NCBI GenBank assembly: GCA_965233585.1
Contig: CBDDTI010000746.1
Coordinates: 640,001-704,000, forward strand
Reading direction: 5' to 3'
Origin: a bacterium
GTDB lineage: Bacteria; SAR324; NAC60-12
Length of the DNA: 64,000 bases
The translations under genes were made by a program, and so were the position numbers. Shown here piece by piece: positions 18,612 to 28,826 of this stretch. The notes under the pieces were generated by a model, which worked only from the letters and a program-made list of their open reading frames with translations, was not told the DNA's origin and made no database searches. Position 1 is the first letter of the stretch. Every line of letters begins with the position of its first letter.

Positions 18612-19363
18612 GAGATAGAAGAAAAGGACTTGAATTTGCTTATATCTATTATGAGAATCCTCAAAATATTCCATATTATGAAATTAATGCTGATATTTTA
18701 GTGATATATCAATCTCCAACAATTTTTGAGTATGGTTATCATAAGTCTTTTTGGACTCTGGAACATGATCTTACCAAAAATAGCGATGATTTATTTCAAT
18801 GTATTGGCAAAAACTGTAGATACAAAATTAATAGGGCAGACAAAAAAGACCATTTAACACTTTCTATCATAGACAACCCAAATTTAGAAAGTATCACAAG
18901 TTTTGTATCATTCTATAATCAATTTGCAGATGATAAAGGAACATCATATTGCGACAATGAAAGTCTAAAGCAACTGCAAAATCACAACATGTTAGCTATT
19001 GCTACTGTTCAAAACTCAGATGATGAAACTTTATGCTCCCATGCTTTAATTACAAACAGATACAAAGTGAGATTATTACATTCTGCATCATTATTTAGAA
19101 GTCAATTTAAAAACGAAACTGCGTTACTTGCAAGAGCAAATCGTTATTTACACTGGAAAGAGCTTTTATTTTTTAAAGAAAAAAATTATCAAATCTATGA
19201 TTTTGGAGGGTATGCTTATAATACAGATGAACCTTCTCTAATAGGTATTAACAATTTTAAGCAAAGTTTTGGAGGAAGATTGGTTGAGCAATATCATCTT
19301 ATGATACCTCTTTCTTGGAAAGGTAAAATAGGATGTTATTATCTTAAAAGTAAATGGAAATAA
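18599..19363 (+). CDS. FemAB/GNAT-like acyl- or aminoacyl-transferase
   Basis: CRYKINRA, ANRYLHW, YDFGG, FKQSFGG. Confidence 0.65.
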   Translation: MEILRDRRKGLEFAYIYYENPQNIPYYEINADILVIYQSPTIFEYGYHKSFWTLEHDLTKNSDDLFQCIGKNCRYKINRADKKDHLTLSIIDNPNLESITSFVSFYNQFADDKGTSYCDNESLKQLQNHNMLAIATVQNSDDETLCSHALITNRYKVRLLHSASLFRSQFKNETALLARANRYLHWKELLFFKEKNYQIYDFGGYAYNTDEPSLIGINNFKQSFGGRLVEQYHLMIPLSWKGKIGCYYLKSKWK

Positions 19364-19379
19364 TTTAAAAAAGGTGTTT

Positions 19380-20228
19380 ATGTCTATAGAAAAAGTATTA
19401 GAAAATTTGGAATTAAAATCAGATGGAATTTATGACAGCTATTTTCAAAATTCCTTACAAAATGATGAAGTCAAGTTAAGAAAATATGTATCAGGGATGG
19501 AATATTCTAACTATTTAGAAAGATTATCTCATAATCACTCCATAGAGGTTATGGATTATGAAATCTGCTTGTTCTTAAAAGAAGTTCCGCAAAATGGTAT
19601 TATCATTGACATGGGGGGTTGTTGGGGGTGGCATTGGAGAAAAATATGTACACAACGTCCTGATATTAAAGTAGTGATTTTAGATTTTGTTCGGGAAAAT
19701 CTAAACCATGCTCTCAATATACTAGCAAGCATGATCAACAAACAAGTTTTTCTAGTACATGGCGACGGGACACAATTGCCTTTTGACGATCATTTATTTG
19801 ATGCTTATTGGGCGGCTGGTTCAATCCAGTCTATTCCGAATTATATTGAGGCATTAAAGGAGAGCCACCGAGTATTAAAAACAAGTGGTTATTTTTCTAG
19901 TTACTGGTTTAATCTTTCTAAGAAAGCACAAATTATGGCTATTTTAAGAGAAGAGGAATACATGGTAGAAGGTCACATCCCCGGTAAATTTTATTTGACA
20001 CGAGCATCAAAAAAACAAAGAAAAATCATTGCAGAAATTTTCGATGCTCCGGTCAAGCAACGTTATTCTGAAATCTTATTTGATCCTGAAGGAAGATTGA
20101 GAAAGTTTGCTCCTCTTTTTGGAGGAGAAGGGTCAATCATTGGGAAAATTGATGCTAGACTTTCAAATAATTTTGGATTTCTTTCTTGGTTTGCTCAACA
20201 ACGATCCTTTCACGTTAGGAAAAACTAG
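19380..20228 (+). CDS. Class I SAM-dependent methyltransferase
   Basis: IIDMGGCWG, GDGTQLPFDD..FD, ESHRVLK. Confidence 0.75.
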   Translation: MSIEKVLENLELKSDGIYDSYFQNSLQNDEVKLRKYVSGMEYSNYLERLSHNHSIEVMDYEICLFLKEVPQNGIIIDMGGCWGWHWRKICTQRPDIKVVILDFVRENLNHALNILASMINKQVFLVHGDGTQLPFDDHLFDAYWAAGSIQSIPNYIEALKESHRVLKTSGYFSSYWFNLSKKAQIMAILREEEYMVEGHIPGKFYLTRASKKQRKIIAEIFDAPVKQRYSEILFDPEGRLRKFAPLFGGEGSIIGKIDARLSNNFGFLSWFAQQRSFHVRKN

Positions 20229-20231
20229 CCA

Positions 20232-21098
20232 GTGCCAAAGCAGTCTCCTTTTTTCAGTATCATTATGAATTGCTACAACGGAGAAAAATATCTCCGAGAA
20301 GCAATAGATAGTGTACTGACTCAAACTTTTACTGATTGGGAATTAATTTTTTATGATAACTGCTCAAATGATCAAAGTCTTCAAATAGCGTCTTCATGTC
20401 ACGATGCACGTATCCAAATCATCAATGCTCCTTATCACACAGAATTGGGTTCCGCTAGACGCAATGCCATTAAACATACAAAAGGAAAGTGGTTAGCTTT
20501 TTTAGACGTTGATGATTTATGGACTCCTGAAAAGCTAGAAAAACAATACAGGTTGATTACAGATTCCTCAAACAAAGAAAGATCTCTTGGAATTGTTTAT
20601 GGAAAAGAATATGGGTTTACGGGACAAAATATTGTTAGAATCCATCCCAATTATTTGCCACAAGGTGATGTTCTAAAAGAGTTACTCCAATTCAACTTTA
20701 TCAACTCAACCAATGTTATTGTTTTAAAAGATGCTTACGATGCTGTTGGTGGCTTTCCTACTGGATATTATTCTTCAACTGATTATTTTCTTTCTTGTGC
20801 AGTTGCAAAATACTATCCTGCAGGAAGAATTGATGAAGTCATTTCCAAATATAGAATCCATGAAAACAATACAACTCACAGTGTCTTGCCTCAACAAAAT
20901 CAAGAAATCATTAGTACATTAGAAATGTACCTTGATGAATGCCCAAATATCTGGAAAAAAATAGTAAAACTTAAATTATTTTCAATCAGAGCTTTTTTTA
21001 AAAAAGCATTGATTCAATGGCATATTGGCGATTTAGTTTGGAAACAACTACAAAAATATTTTCGCAAGTTATTTCCTGTAACAGTAGAAGTTAAATAA
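20232..21098 (+). CDS. Glycosyltransferase family 2
   Basis: SIIMNCYN, DNCSND, FLDVDD. Confidence 0.9.
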   Translation: MPKQSPFFSIIMNCYNGEKYLREAIDSVLTQTFTDWELIFYDNCSNDQSLQIASSCHDARIQIINAPYHTELGSARRNAIKHTKGKWLAFLDVDDLWTPEKLEKQYRLITDSSNKERSLGIVYGKEYGFTGQNIVRIHPNYLPQGDVLKELLQFNFINSTNVIVLKDAYDAVGGFPTGYYSSTDYFLSCAVAKYYPAGRIDEVISKYRIHENNTTHSVLPQQNQEIISTLEMYLDECPNIWKKIVKLKLFSIRAFFKKALIQWHIGDLVWKQLQKYFRKLFPVTVEVK

Positions 21099-21160
21099 AT
21101 AAAATTGCTAAATACAATGATTTTTAATGAATAAATATAATATTTTTTAATTTCAGAAGC

Positions 21161-22303
21161 ATGAAAATTGTGATGGTTGTTGGACAATTTAGACCTGTGG
21201 TAGGAGGAGCAGAAATTTTTACAGAACGTCTTGCCAAAATTTTTAGCAAAAACCACGAAGTCACTATCATTACAGGAAAGCAACACCGTCATTCTAAAAA
21301 AGAAGCTCCTTTAATTGAAAAGTTCCCTAACTTAACTATTGAAAGATTGAATCCATGGGCTTTTGGAAGGCTAAAAATCTATTTGCTGATGTTAGCAATG
21401 TTCTTCAGAATAAAAGGATTGCTTAAAACTTATGATGTTGTCTACGTTCATCAGGCTTTACAATATGCTTTTGTTGCAACATTAGTAGGAAGAATATGCA
21501 AAAAAAAAGTGATTGTTGTTGTAGCCAGCAGAGGAGAAGGCTTTGATTTAAAAAAGTTATCGCAACAATTTTGGTGGGGAAAGTATGCAGCAAAATATAT
21601 TGCAAAACATGCCGCTTTAGTCGCATCTTCTCAAGATATGATTGAGCAAGATTTTAAAACTTGGTCTGACACTATTCACCAGTCTGCCATCATTTCTAGG
21701 GCTACTCTTACTAAGGAAGAAACAATACAAAATAAGAATACATATCGTCAGAATCATCAACTGTCAGAATCTGATTTTATCTTCATCTGCGTTTCTCGTT
21801 TAAGTTTTCTCAAAAATCACAGTACTCTCATTGAGGCTTTCGCACAAATTTTAAATAATTATCCAAATACCAGACTGATTTTTTTAGGTGATGGAGAAGC
21901 AAGACCTTCTTTAGAAAAACAAATTTTAGATTTAGGAATCAAATCTAAAATTGAGTTAAAAGGAAATGTTCAGAATGTAGATGAATTTTTGTATGCAAGT
22001 GATGCCTTTATTTTAGCATCAGACTATGAAGGAGAGTCTAATGCTTTGCTAGAAGCTATGTCTGCTGGTTTGCCCTGCATCATTTCAGAAGGTGTCAATA
22101 ACGGTTCTATAGTTCACAACAAAAACGGGTTAATTTTTCCCACAAAAAATGTACAAGCATTGTCTAAAGAAATGCAATTTTTAATAGAAAATCCTGACGA
22201 TGCCAAACGTCTCGGGCTTGAGGCAAAAGACCATATCAAAAAACATCACGACCTTGAAAAAATTGCAGAACAATATATCCAGTTATTCCAATCTACCAAA
22301 TAG
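21161..22303 (+). CDS. Glycosyltransferase family 4
   Basis: GGAE, VSRL..KN, GDG, EGESNALLEAM. Confidence 0.9.
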   Translation: MKIVMVVGQFRPVVGGAEIFTERLAKIFSKNHEVTIITGKQHRHSKKEAPLIEKFPNLTIERLNPWAFGRLKIYLLMLAMFFRIKGLLKTYDVVYVHQALQYAFVATLVGRICKKKVIVVVASRGEGFDLKKLSQQFWWGKYAAKYIAKHAALVASSQDMIEQDFKTWSDTIHQSAIISRATLTKEETIQNKNTYRQNHQLSESDFIFICVSRLSFLKNHSTLIEAFAQILNNYPNTRLIFLGDGEARPSLEKQILDLGIKSKIELKGNVQNVDEFLYASDAFILASDYEGESNALLEAMSAGLPCIISEGVNNGSIVHNKNGLIFPTKNVQALSKEMQFLIENPDDAKRLGLEAKDHIKKHHDLEKIAEQYIQLFQSTK

Positions 22304-22304
22304 G

Positions 22305-23519
22305 CTAAATCAGCCCCTCCATTTCCATAGCCATTTCCAATTTAGAGTTGAGTTTGACTGCCTGTGAGTTCTGAATCCCAGAGATTAAACTTCGCGCACC
22401 GACAAGACGTTGCTTAATTTCTGATAGAGGGTAACGATTCCCTATGTTGCGAATCATAAGGTTGTGAAAAAGATATGAACATTGAGCATATTCCACAGCA
22501 AGTGTGTTCCTTAAATCTGGCGAAATCTTAGCCATCGCCTTAATGGCATGTTTCCAGTAAGTGTAAGCATTTTCAAAACATTGATACGCTTGTTTGGTCA
22601 CTCCGCTACGGTGGTCTCCCGATTTGTAGTGTAGTGCCAAAAACCATATCTCTCCCATGTAAACTCTAGCGTACATCCACGCCCCTAAAGGAGACTCTGG
22701 CAAAGCGTGCATCATCACCTCTGCAATTTTTTGCAAAGGTTTGTGTATCAAAAGTGAGGAACGCATTCGCAACGCTAAAATCAAAAATTTTTCTTCTAGC
22801 ATGCTGGCATCTGATGCCTCTCGTAATTCCTTAGCAAGTGTTGAAAAATCTACTTTCACCGCTTCCTGACCATTTTGTGCATAAGGACGTTTCAAAATAG
22901 AGCGATACCCTTGAATGATGTCCATGTTTGAACGAATGCGTTCCACCTTCAAAAGGGCGTCCTTGCGGTTTTCAGTGTGATGACCGTAAGAAGCAAGTTC
23001 AACATAATGAGACAAACGTTGAATCTCGCCTGACATTTGATATTGAACGTGTTGTAAATAGTTATTTTGTGCGTTAAGAAGGTGTCTAACAGAAGTTGTA
23101 TCAACTTGATTGAGGTGGCATGCAACAGCAATCTGCAACAAAATAGCACGATACACCTCCAAAGGTAGATTTTGATTGGTATGGCTAACAGCAATGGCTA
23201 GCAAAATTCTGGACTCATAGTCTGCGGGGTTGGCTTCAAGTTTAAAAACTAATTTTTTAGTGCTTTGCTGTGGAGCCCAATTCAGCAATTCTTGACCTGT
23301 CAGTTGGGGTGTTTTCTCTGCTTTACCTAAATATTTCAATGCTCGTTGTTTCCAGTCAGGATGGCATGCCATGAGGATTTCTTGCTTCCTCCTTTCTAAT
23401 TCGGAATGCCAGTGAGGAACAGCCCCAGGTAAAATGCCCGGATCAGTGAGTGCAATTTGTGTATGTAGCAGCCCCTTTTTAGGAGAAGTTTGGTCTAGGT
23501 CAGGCTTTTGCTTGAACAT
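22305..23519 (-). CDS. Hypothetical alpha-helical protein
   Basis: 404-aa ORF with host-like codon usage; no recognised motif. Confidence 0.6.
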   Translation of the reverse strand: MFKQKPDLDQTSPKKGLLHTQIALTDPGILPGAVPHWHSELERRKQEILMACHPDWKQRALKYLGKAEKTPQLTGQELLNWAPQQSTKKLVFKLEANPADYESRILLAIAVSHTNQNLPLEVYRAILLQIAVACHLNQVDTTSVRHLLNAQNNYLQHVQYQMSGEIQRLSHYVELASYGHHTENRKDALLKVERIRSNMDIIQGYRSILKRPYAQNGQEAVKVDFSTLAKELREASDASMLEEKFLILALRMRSSLLIHKPLQKIAEVMMHALPESPLGAWMYARVYMGEIWFLALHYKSGDHRSGVTKQAYQCFENAYTYWKHAIKAMAKISPDLRNTLAVEYAQCSYLFHNLMIRNIGNRYPLSEIKQRLVGARSLISGIQNSQAVKLNSKLEMAMEMEGLI

Positions 23520-23604
23520 ACAAATTTTGGAGACGAGTCACAAGAAAATTTTAAAAAAAGGGGTATCCTATCACAAGAATTACAGGTGAGGCAATGAAGT
23601 CCAA

Positions 23605-24735
23605 TTACTCAAGGGCAATCTGAACAGTGATGGCATCAGCCAGTAGCAAACCTTTTGTTGTCAAAACTAAAGCACCCTCCTGCCAGTGGGCATACCCTAA
23701 CTGACACAACTGCTCAATTTTGGGCTGGTAATCATTTTGCCACTTGTTCCAAATCTTTTCAGATGTTTGAGTCATACCAAAGCCTTGCCTCTGTCTCAAT
23801 CCCAAAGCTAATAGCTCGTTGAAACGTTGTTTGTCAGAAAGTTCTTCACAAAATTCAATAGGAAACTTTTTTAAATCTAATTTGGACTGATAGATTTGCA
23901 GCGATCTTGTGTTAGCTTGACGTGTCTTTTTAAAAAAAGAATGCGAACCCAAGCCCAAGCCTAAATAGGGGTGTCCCCTCCAAACTAACAAATTAGCTTG
24001 GCTTTCAAAGCCTTTTTTTGCAAAGTTTGAAACCTCATAATTTTCTATTTGCAACTGTTGCAGAGTATCGGTCGCATCAAGATACATTTGCTCGCAGAGT
24101 GATTCGTGTTCATCAATCCATTGCTTATAATCTTGACGTTTGTCAAAAGCTGTGCGGGGTTCTATGGTCAATCCATACAATGACACATGAGGCGGTTGGA
24201 ACGTTTCAATCATTTTCAAGTCGTGATGCCATTGGTCTCGTGTTTGATTTGGAACTCCAAACATCAAATCCATGCTATAATTCGCTGCCGAAGAAGCAAG
24301 GACTTCCAAACTCTCGTAGGATTGTTTGGCATGATGGCAACGTCCTAACTTCAACAACACATCATCACAAAGGCTTTGAACACCCAAAGAAAAACGATTG
24401 ACTCCCAATTCCCTCAATCCCTTCACATATTCAGGCTGGACATCTTCAGGATTCATTTCAAATGTCACTTCAACATCAGCAGACAGGTCAAAAAACTGGT
24501 TGACTTTTTCTAGCAATCGTTGGACGTGTTTTAAATTAAGGCTTGAAGGGGTACCCCCTCCAATGTAAACTGATAGGTTTTGTCTTACAACTTGACTCCA
24601 TTTGTCTTGATAAAGTTGCATTTCACTTGCTAAAAGATTCAGGTATTTCTCATGTTCAGATTGCCTATTTTTCCGAACTGCAAAACTACAAAATGGACAA
24701 ATTTTTTGACAAAATGGAATATGAATATAAAGCAT
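23605..24735 (-). CDS. hemW: Radical SAM heme chaperone HemW
   Basis: LYIHIPFCQKICPFC, GGGTPS, YEVSNFA, YLGLGLGSHS. Confidence 0.9.
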   Translation of the reverse strand: MLYIHIPFCQKICPFCSFAVRKNRQSEHEKYLNLLASEMQLYQDKWSQVVRQNLSVYIGGGTPSSLNLKHVQRLLEKVNQFFDLSADVEVTFEMNPEDVQPEYVKGLRELGVNRFSLGVQSLCDDVLLKLGRCHHAKQSYESLEVLASSAANYSMDLMFGVPNQTRDQWHHDLKMIETFQPPHVSLYGLTIEPRTAFDKRQDYKQWIDEHESLCEQMYLDATDTLQQLQIENYEVSNFAKKGFESQANLLVWRGHPYLGLGLGSHSFFKKTRQANTRSLQIYQSKLDLKKFPIEFCEELSDKQRFNELLALGLRQRQGFGMTQTSEKIWNKWQNDYQPKIEQLCQLGYAHWQEGALVLTTKGLLLADAITVQIALE

Positions 24736-24767
24736 CTTAAATCATCATACTTGAGTTTGAATGTCTT

Positions 24768-25544
24768 ATGTCACATCAGCAAGTTTTAATCATTTCAGGC
24801 GATAGAAATTGGATATTTAGAAAGTCTGTGTTCTTCCGAGCAATCATACTTGCCACGTTCAGTGTACTAGCAGTCATCTTTTTTTTACTTTATTGGTATT
24901 TGCAGTATTACATGCGTTTGAATGAGCAAACTTTAGTGTATCACCAGACTCAACTAGAGAATGCCCAACTGCTTAAGCAGATGCAAGAAATGCAAATTCA
25001 GCATGAAAAACAGCTTGATGACCTAAAATTTCGCTACCATTCTGAAGCACAGAATGTCAGAAAAGTTTCAAGAGTGGTGGAAAGTCTGGCACTCTCTTTG
25101 AAGAAGGAAGATGGACAAGAAACGCTCTTAGACCTCATCAATCGTCTACGTGGGGCGCTTCAAGATTTAGCAATCAGTTCTTACGATGCACCAATCAACA
25201 GCAACTCTTTGATTAGCATCAATCGCTTTCGTGCCATCAATGATGGCAAAAAAACGACAGTGCAATTTCAAATCAAAGCATTTAAACATGACCAAATGCC
25301 TCTCAAACTTGCTGTCATTCCTCTCAGCCAAAATCAACTGAATCTTAACTTGCTAGAAGAACCTCCTGATACTCAATCTATTCAGCTAGAAAAAGACCAT
25401 CTCTTTAAAAAAAGCTTCACTCACCCCCAAACAGACGACTCTTTCGCTGCAATCCGTGTGATTCTTTGGGACCAAAACCAACAAATTTTATTTGAACAAA
25501 ATTACCCTATTCTCAAACGTGATGGAAATTTGATTCCCAATTAA
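24768..25544 (+). CDS. Hypothetical membrane-anchored coiled-coil protein
   Basis: One TM helix followed by a Gln-rich coil and a beta-rich C-terminus. Confidence 0.6.
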   Translation: MSHQQVLIISGDRNWIFRKSVFFRAIILATFSVLAVIFFLLYWYLQYYMRLNEQTLVYHQTQLENAQLLKQMQEMQIQHEKQLDDLKFRYHSEAQNVRKVSRVVESLALSLKKEDGQETLLDLINRLRGALQDLAISSYDAPINSNSLISINRFRAINDGKKTTVQFQIKAFKHDQMPLKLAVIPLSQNQLNLNLLEEPPDTQSIQLEKDHLFKKSFTHPQTDDSFAAIRVILWDQNQQILFEQNYPILKRDGNLIPN

Positions 25545-25661
25545 ATTCTGTAATTTTTGATGAATTGGTAACGTTGCATTCTATTTTTTCTCTAAATCTC
25601 CACAAAAGACGACCAACCCAAAGACGATTCTTCATCAAGATTCTTGGTTTTTGAGCAAAAT

Positions 25662-26546
25662 ATGACATTACCGATTTTTGCGGCGTTGGCGGCATCTTTT
25701 TGTTGGGCAATCAGCAGTCTTTTTACAGTAGATATGTCCCGCAAATACGGACCTGTCAACTTCAACAGGATTAGGTTAACTGTGGGCATAATTCCAATTT
25801 TATTGCTCGCCTTACTCTCCAGAAATTGGCAAAATTTAAGCCTTGAAGCCATACTGATTTTGCTAGCCAGTGGTTTCATCGGATTTTACATTGGGGACAG
25901 CTTTTTGTATGAATGTTCCAAACGTTGCGGACCTCGCAAGACGGGGCTATTATTTGCCCTCAATGGTCCAATCGCCATGCTACTCTCATGGGTCTTTTTA
26001 AAGCATCAGCTGTCTTATGGACAACTTGCAGGTGCTTTTTTGGTGATGGCAGGGGTATTTGTTGCTATTCTTTGGGGGAGACCAAAGGGGGTGGAACACG
26101 CTTGGGAAGCCAACTTGTCAAGCATGTCATCAATCGTTTTGGTTGGTCTTGGTGCTGCAGCATTTCAGGCGATTGGCTTGATTATGATTAAGCCAATTAT
26201 GCGACCAGAAACAGATGTCATTGCCTCCACAGGGCTTCGCATCTTGGGCGGTTTAGTCCCCTTATACATTTCTGCACTTTTGAAGAAACGAGCCAATGAG
26301 TCCATTTTTATTCTCAAACGAGACATCTGGTTCAATGGTTGTTTTAACGGAATTTTAGCAATCGTGATAGGAGTCAGTTTGTTAAATTATGCCATGAAAT
26401 ATGGTCACCCAGGATTAGTTGCTGTACTCAGCTCAACCTCCCCTGTCTTTATACTCCCTCTTCTTTGGATCAAAACCCAAGCACGTCCTGCTTTTCTTGC
26501 GTTATTAGGTGCGATTTTAGTTGTTGCTGGGCTTGCAATGATCTAG
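25662..26546 (+). CDS. DMT/EamA-family transporter
   Basis: About ten hydrophobic helices in two repeats; AA.CWA and LSSTSPVF motifs. Confidence 0.85.
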   Translation: MTLPIFAALAASFCWAISSLFTVDMSRKYGPVNFNRIRLTVGIIPILLLALLSRNWQNLSLEAILILLASGFIGFYIGDSFLYECSKRCGPRKTGLLFALNGPIAMLLSWVFLKHQLSYGQLAGAFLVMAGVFVAILWGRPKGVEHAWEANLSSMSSIVLVGLGAAAFQAIGLIMIKPIMRPETDVIASTGLRILGGLVPLYISALLKKRANESIFILKRDIWFNGCFNGILAIVIGVSLLNYAMKYGHPGLVAVLSSTSPVFILPLLWIKTQARPAFLALLGAILVVAGLAMI

Positions 26547-26729
26547 GTCAAGACCCTTTTGACCTTCAGAAGCATATACTGATTTGCCCATTATGAAAAC
26601 AGGTAGAAGGAAACTCTTGTAAAAAAAGAGACATTTGGCTCTTTTTTTGCGTATTTAAGGATTCGTTGACAATCATAGGTTGTCAGTGATACTTTTCTTA
26701 TTGGTTGCTTGCCTGAAGAATCCCCAAAT

Positions 26730-27932
26730 ATGAAAACATTTTTGCTCATCGCCCTTTATTTTGTGATTGCTGGTGCAGCAACCACTATCTCTTTGGAACA
26801 TGGTGCAGGGGTCATGGCATTGTTGTTAATTGTGCATCTCTTAGTCTCTTATCTAAAAAAACATAGTGAGTTGATAGAGGAAGAGCCAGAAGGCTTGAGT
26901 TCTGATGTCTTTCAGGCATTTCAAAAAAACCTCAAACAAAATGTCGGTCAAAAAAAAGCTAGGCAATCAAAACAACGTCAATCTGTTCCTAAAAAACCCT
27001 CTGTTCAACCTACTCCCAAAAAAACGCCACAAACTCCCAAAAGGGTAGCCAAAAAAGCCCCACCTAAAGTTGCAAAATCTGTTCAAAAATATAGCAAAGC
27101 GAAGCCTACATCTTTGCAAAATAATCCTTATGCCAAATCAAATGCTACTCCACAAGAACGTGCAGGAACGTTGCTGAAGGAATTGACCCAAATGTCTCCG
27201 CAGGAAAATTCAGACATCTTTGCTGATATGAAAGTGGAACTGCCAAGTGAGTCGCGTGTGATGCCAGATGAACAGCCAAAAAATTGGTTAGATGAAGGCA
27301 TTGGAGAATCGCTCAAAACTGCCTCACGAGAAGAACAACTTGCAGAGGCAGAGGCATTGCTCAAATTTGCTAAACAAACTTTTGATTCTTTCCAGTTCCA
27401 CGAAGCGGAGATGACATTAAAATCTCATTTGATTGCACTTGAAGAGTTAGGAACGCCCCCTTCTTTTGACGCGATGATGCTCAAAGGCAAATTAGAAATT
27501 CAACATGAACAGCCTGAAAATGCCTCTCAAACCTTTCAAAACATGCTCTCTCAAATTGAAAATCATGGGCAAAAATATCAGGACGTTTTAGAAGGCATCA
27601 TTCAACTTTTTGAAAATAAAAATTATTTTTCAGAAACACTACCTTATCTTTATCATCTTTTGCATGATGCACGAAACGGATTAGACCGAATCAAAATGGA
27701 TTTGATTTATGAGAGAATTGAGAAGGCACTGGAGGTGACAGGTGAGCAAGAAAAACTCATGCGAACTTACCAGAACCATTTGGAAATCAAACGTATCTTA
27801 AAAGACAGAGAAGGAGAAAGCCGATTGCTTGATTCACTTGGAACTTATCATTACAAATACGGGAATAAAGAGCTTTCACAAAAGTTTTACGAAGAAAACA
27901 TGCGACTGAAAGTGGTGATGGCTCCATCTTAA
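26730..27932 (+). CDS. Membrane-anchored protein with Lys/Pro-rich linker and TPR-like C-terminus
   Basis: Two N-terminal TM helices, low-complexity linker, helical repeats (LKDREGESRLLDSLG). Confidence 0.6.
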   Translation: MKTFLLIALYFVIAGAATTISLEHGAGVMALLLIVHLLVSYLKKHSELIEEEPEGLSSDVFQAFQKNLKQNVGQKKARQSKQRQSVPKKPSVQPTPKKTPQTPKRVAKKAPPKVAKSVQKYSKAKPTSLQNNPYAKSNATPQERAGTLLKELTQMSPQENSDIFADMKVELPSESRVMPDEQPKNWLDEGIGESLKTASREEQLAEAEALLKFAKQTFDSFQFHEAEMTLKSHLIALEELGTPPSFDAMMLKGKLEIQHEQPENASQTFQNMLSQIENHGQKYQDVLEGIIQLFENKNYFSETLPYLYHLLHDARNGLDRIKMDLIYERIEKALEVTGEQEKLMRTYQNHLEIKRILKDREGESRLLDSLGTYHYKYGNKELSQKFYEENMRLKVVMAPS

Positions 27933-27947
27933 AACGACTCGGGAAAC

Positions 27948-28826
27948 ATGCAAAAAGCGCCTTCGTCAAATCTTTTTCCTCAATTTTCTCTTTTACAACA
28001 GCTTAAACTCAGGGCGCCTTTGATTTGCGATGGCAATTTGTCCACAACATCTGCACATTTAGGGTTTTCTTCAAGCGATGCCTGTTTTCTTGCCTCTTTG
28101 CATGATTGGGAACATGTGCGTCAGCTTCATCAAGAATATATTAAATCTGGTGCGGAAGTCTTGCGTTCCAACACAGAAGGTGCGCATTGCTTTGCGTTGG
28201 AAGAGCTTGGAATTTCAGGCAGAGAAGAGGCGTTGAACAATAGTGCGATGGCACTGCTTCAGGAAACGATAGGTCGGCAACACTTGGCAGTTGGTGCTAT
28301 TTCATCAATCAAAAAGATAGTAGAAGGTGTGGTTTTGAAAAAAGATATTGAGTTTGCCTATGGTCAGCAAGCGATTTATCTTTCTGACACAGGAGCTTGT
28401 TTTTTGGTTCTCAATGGCTTTTGCGACCATCAAGATTTGCAGTCTGCTATCCGTGCAATCCACCGTTCATCACAAAAAGAAATCCTTGCTTATTTTGCCC
28501 CTGACCAAGATGAAAACCCACAGCAAATCCTAAACTATTTAAAAAAATATCTGGAGACCGAACGTGTTTTTGTCGGGTTAGAACTGCGTTGCGATGACCC
28601 ACGTTTTCAAGATTTACTTTTGCAAGCAGTAGAAGAAGTGGGAATCGTGGCATGTATGATTGGGGAAGTAGAGAATTTGGAATATGGAGAAGTTTCCCCA
28701 GCTTTTCAAGAAGCAATCGCTGTTGCATTGCAAGCTGAAGTTTCTATCATTGCTGGCGGACTCCGAACTTCCCCAGAACATGTTCGCATGATTTCAGAAA
28801 CTGCCAAAAAAATGGTTGTTTCATAA
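27948..28826 (+). CDS. Homocysteine S-methyltransferase-fold protein, apparently lacking the Zn ligands
   Basis: LICDG, VRQLHQEYIKSGAEVLRSNT match the family; IIAGGLRTSPEHV replaces IGGCCGTTPEHI. Confidence 0.7.
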   Translation: MQKAPSSNLFPQFSLLQQLKLRAPLICDGNLSTTSAHLGFSSSDACFLASLHDWEHVRQLHQEYIKSGAEVLRSNTEGAHCFALEELGISGREEALNNSAMALLQETIGRQHLAVGAISSIKKIVEGVVLKKDIEFAYGQQAIYLSDTGACFLVLNGFCDHQDLQSAIRAIHRSSQKEILAYFAPDQDENPQQILNYLKKYLETERVFVGLELRCDDPRFQDLLLQAVEEVGIVACMIGEVENLEYGEVSPAFQEAIAVALQAEVSIIAGGLRTSPEHVRMISETAKKMVVS

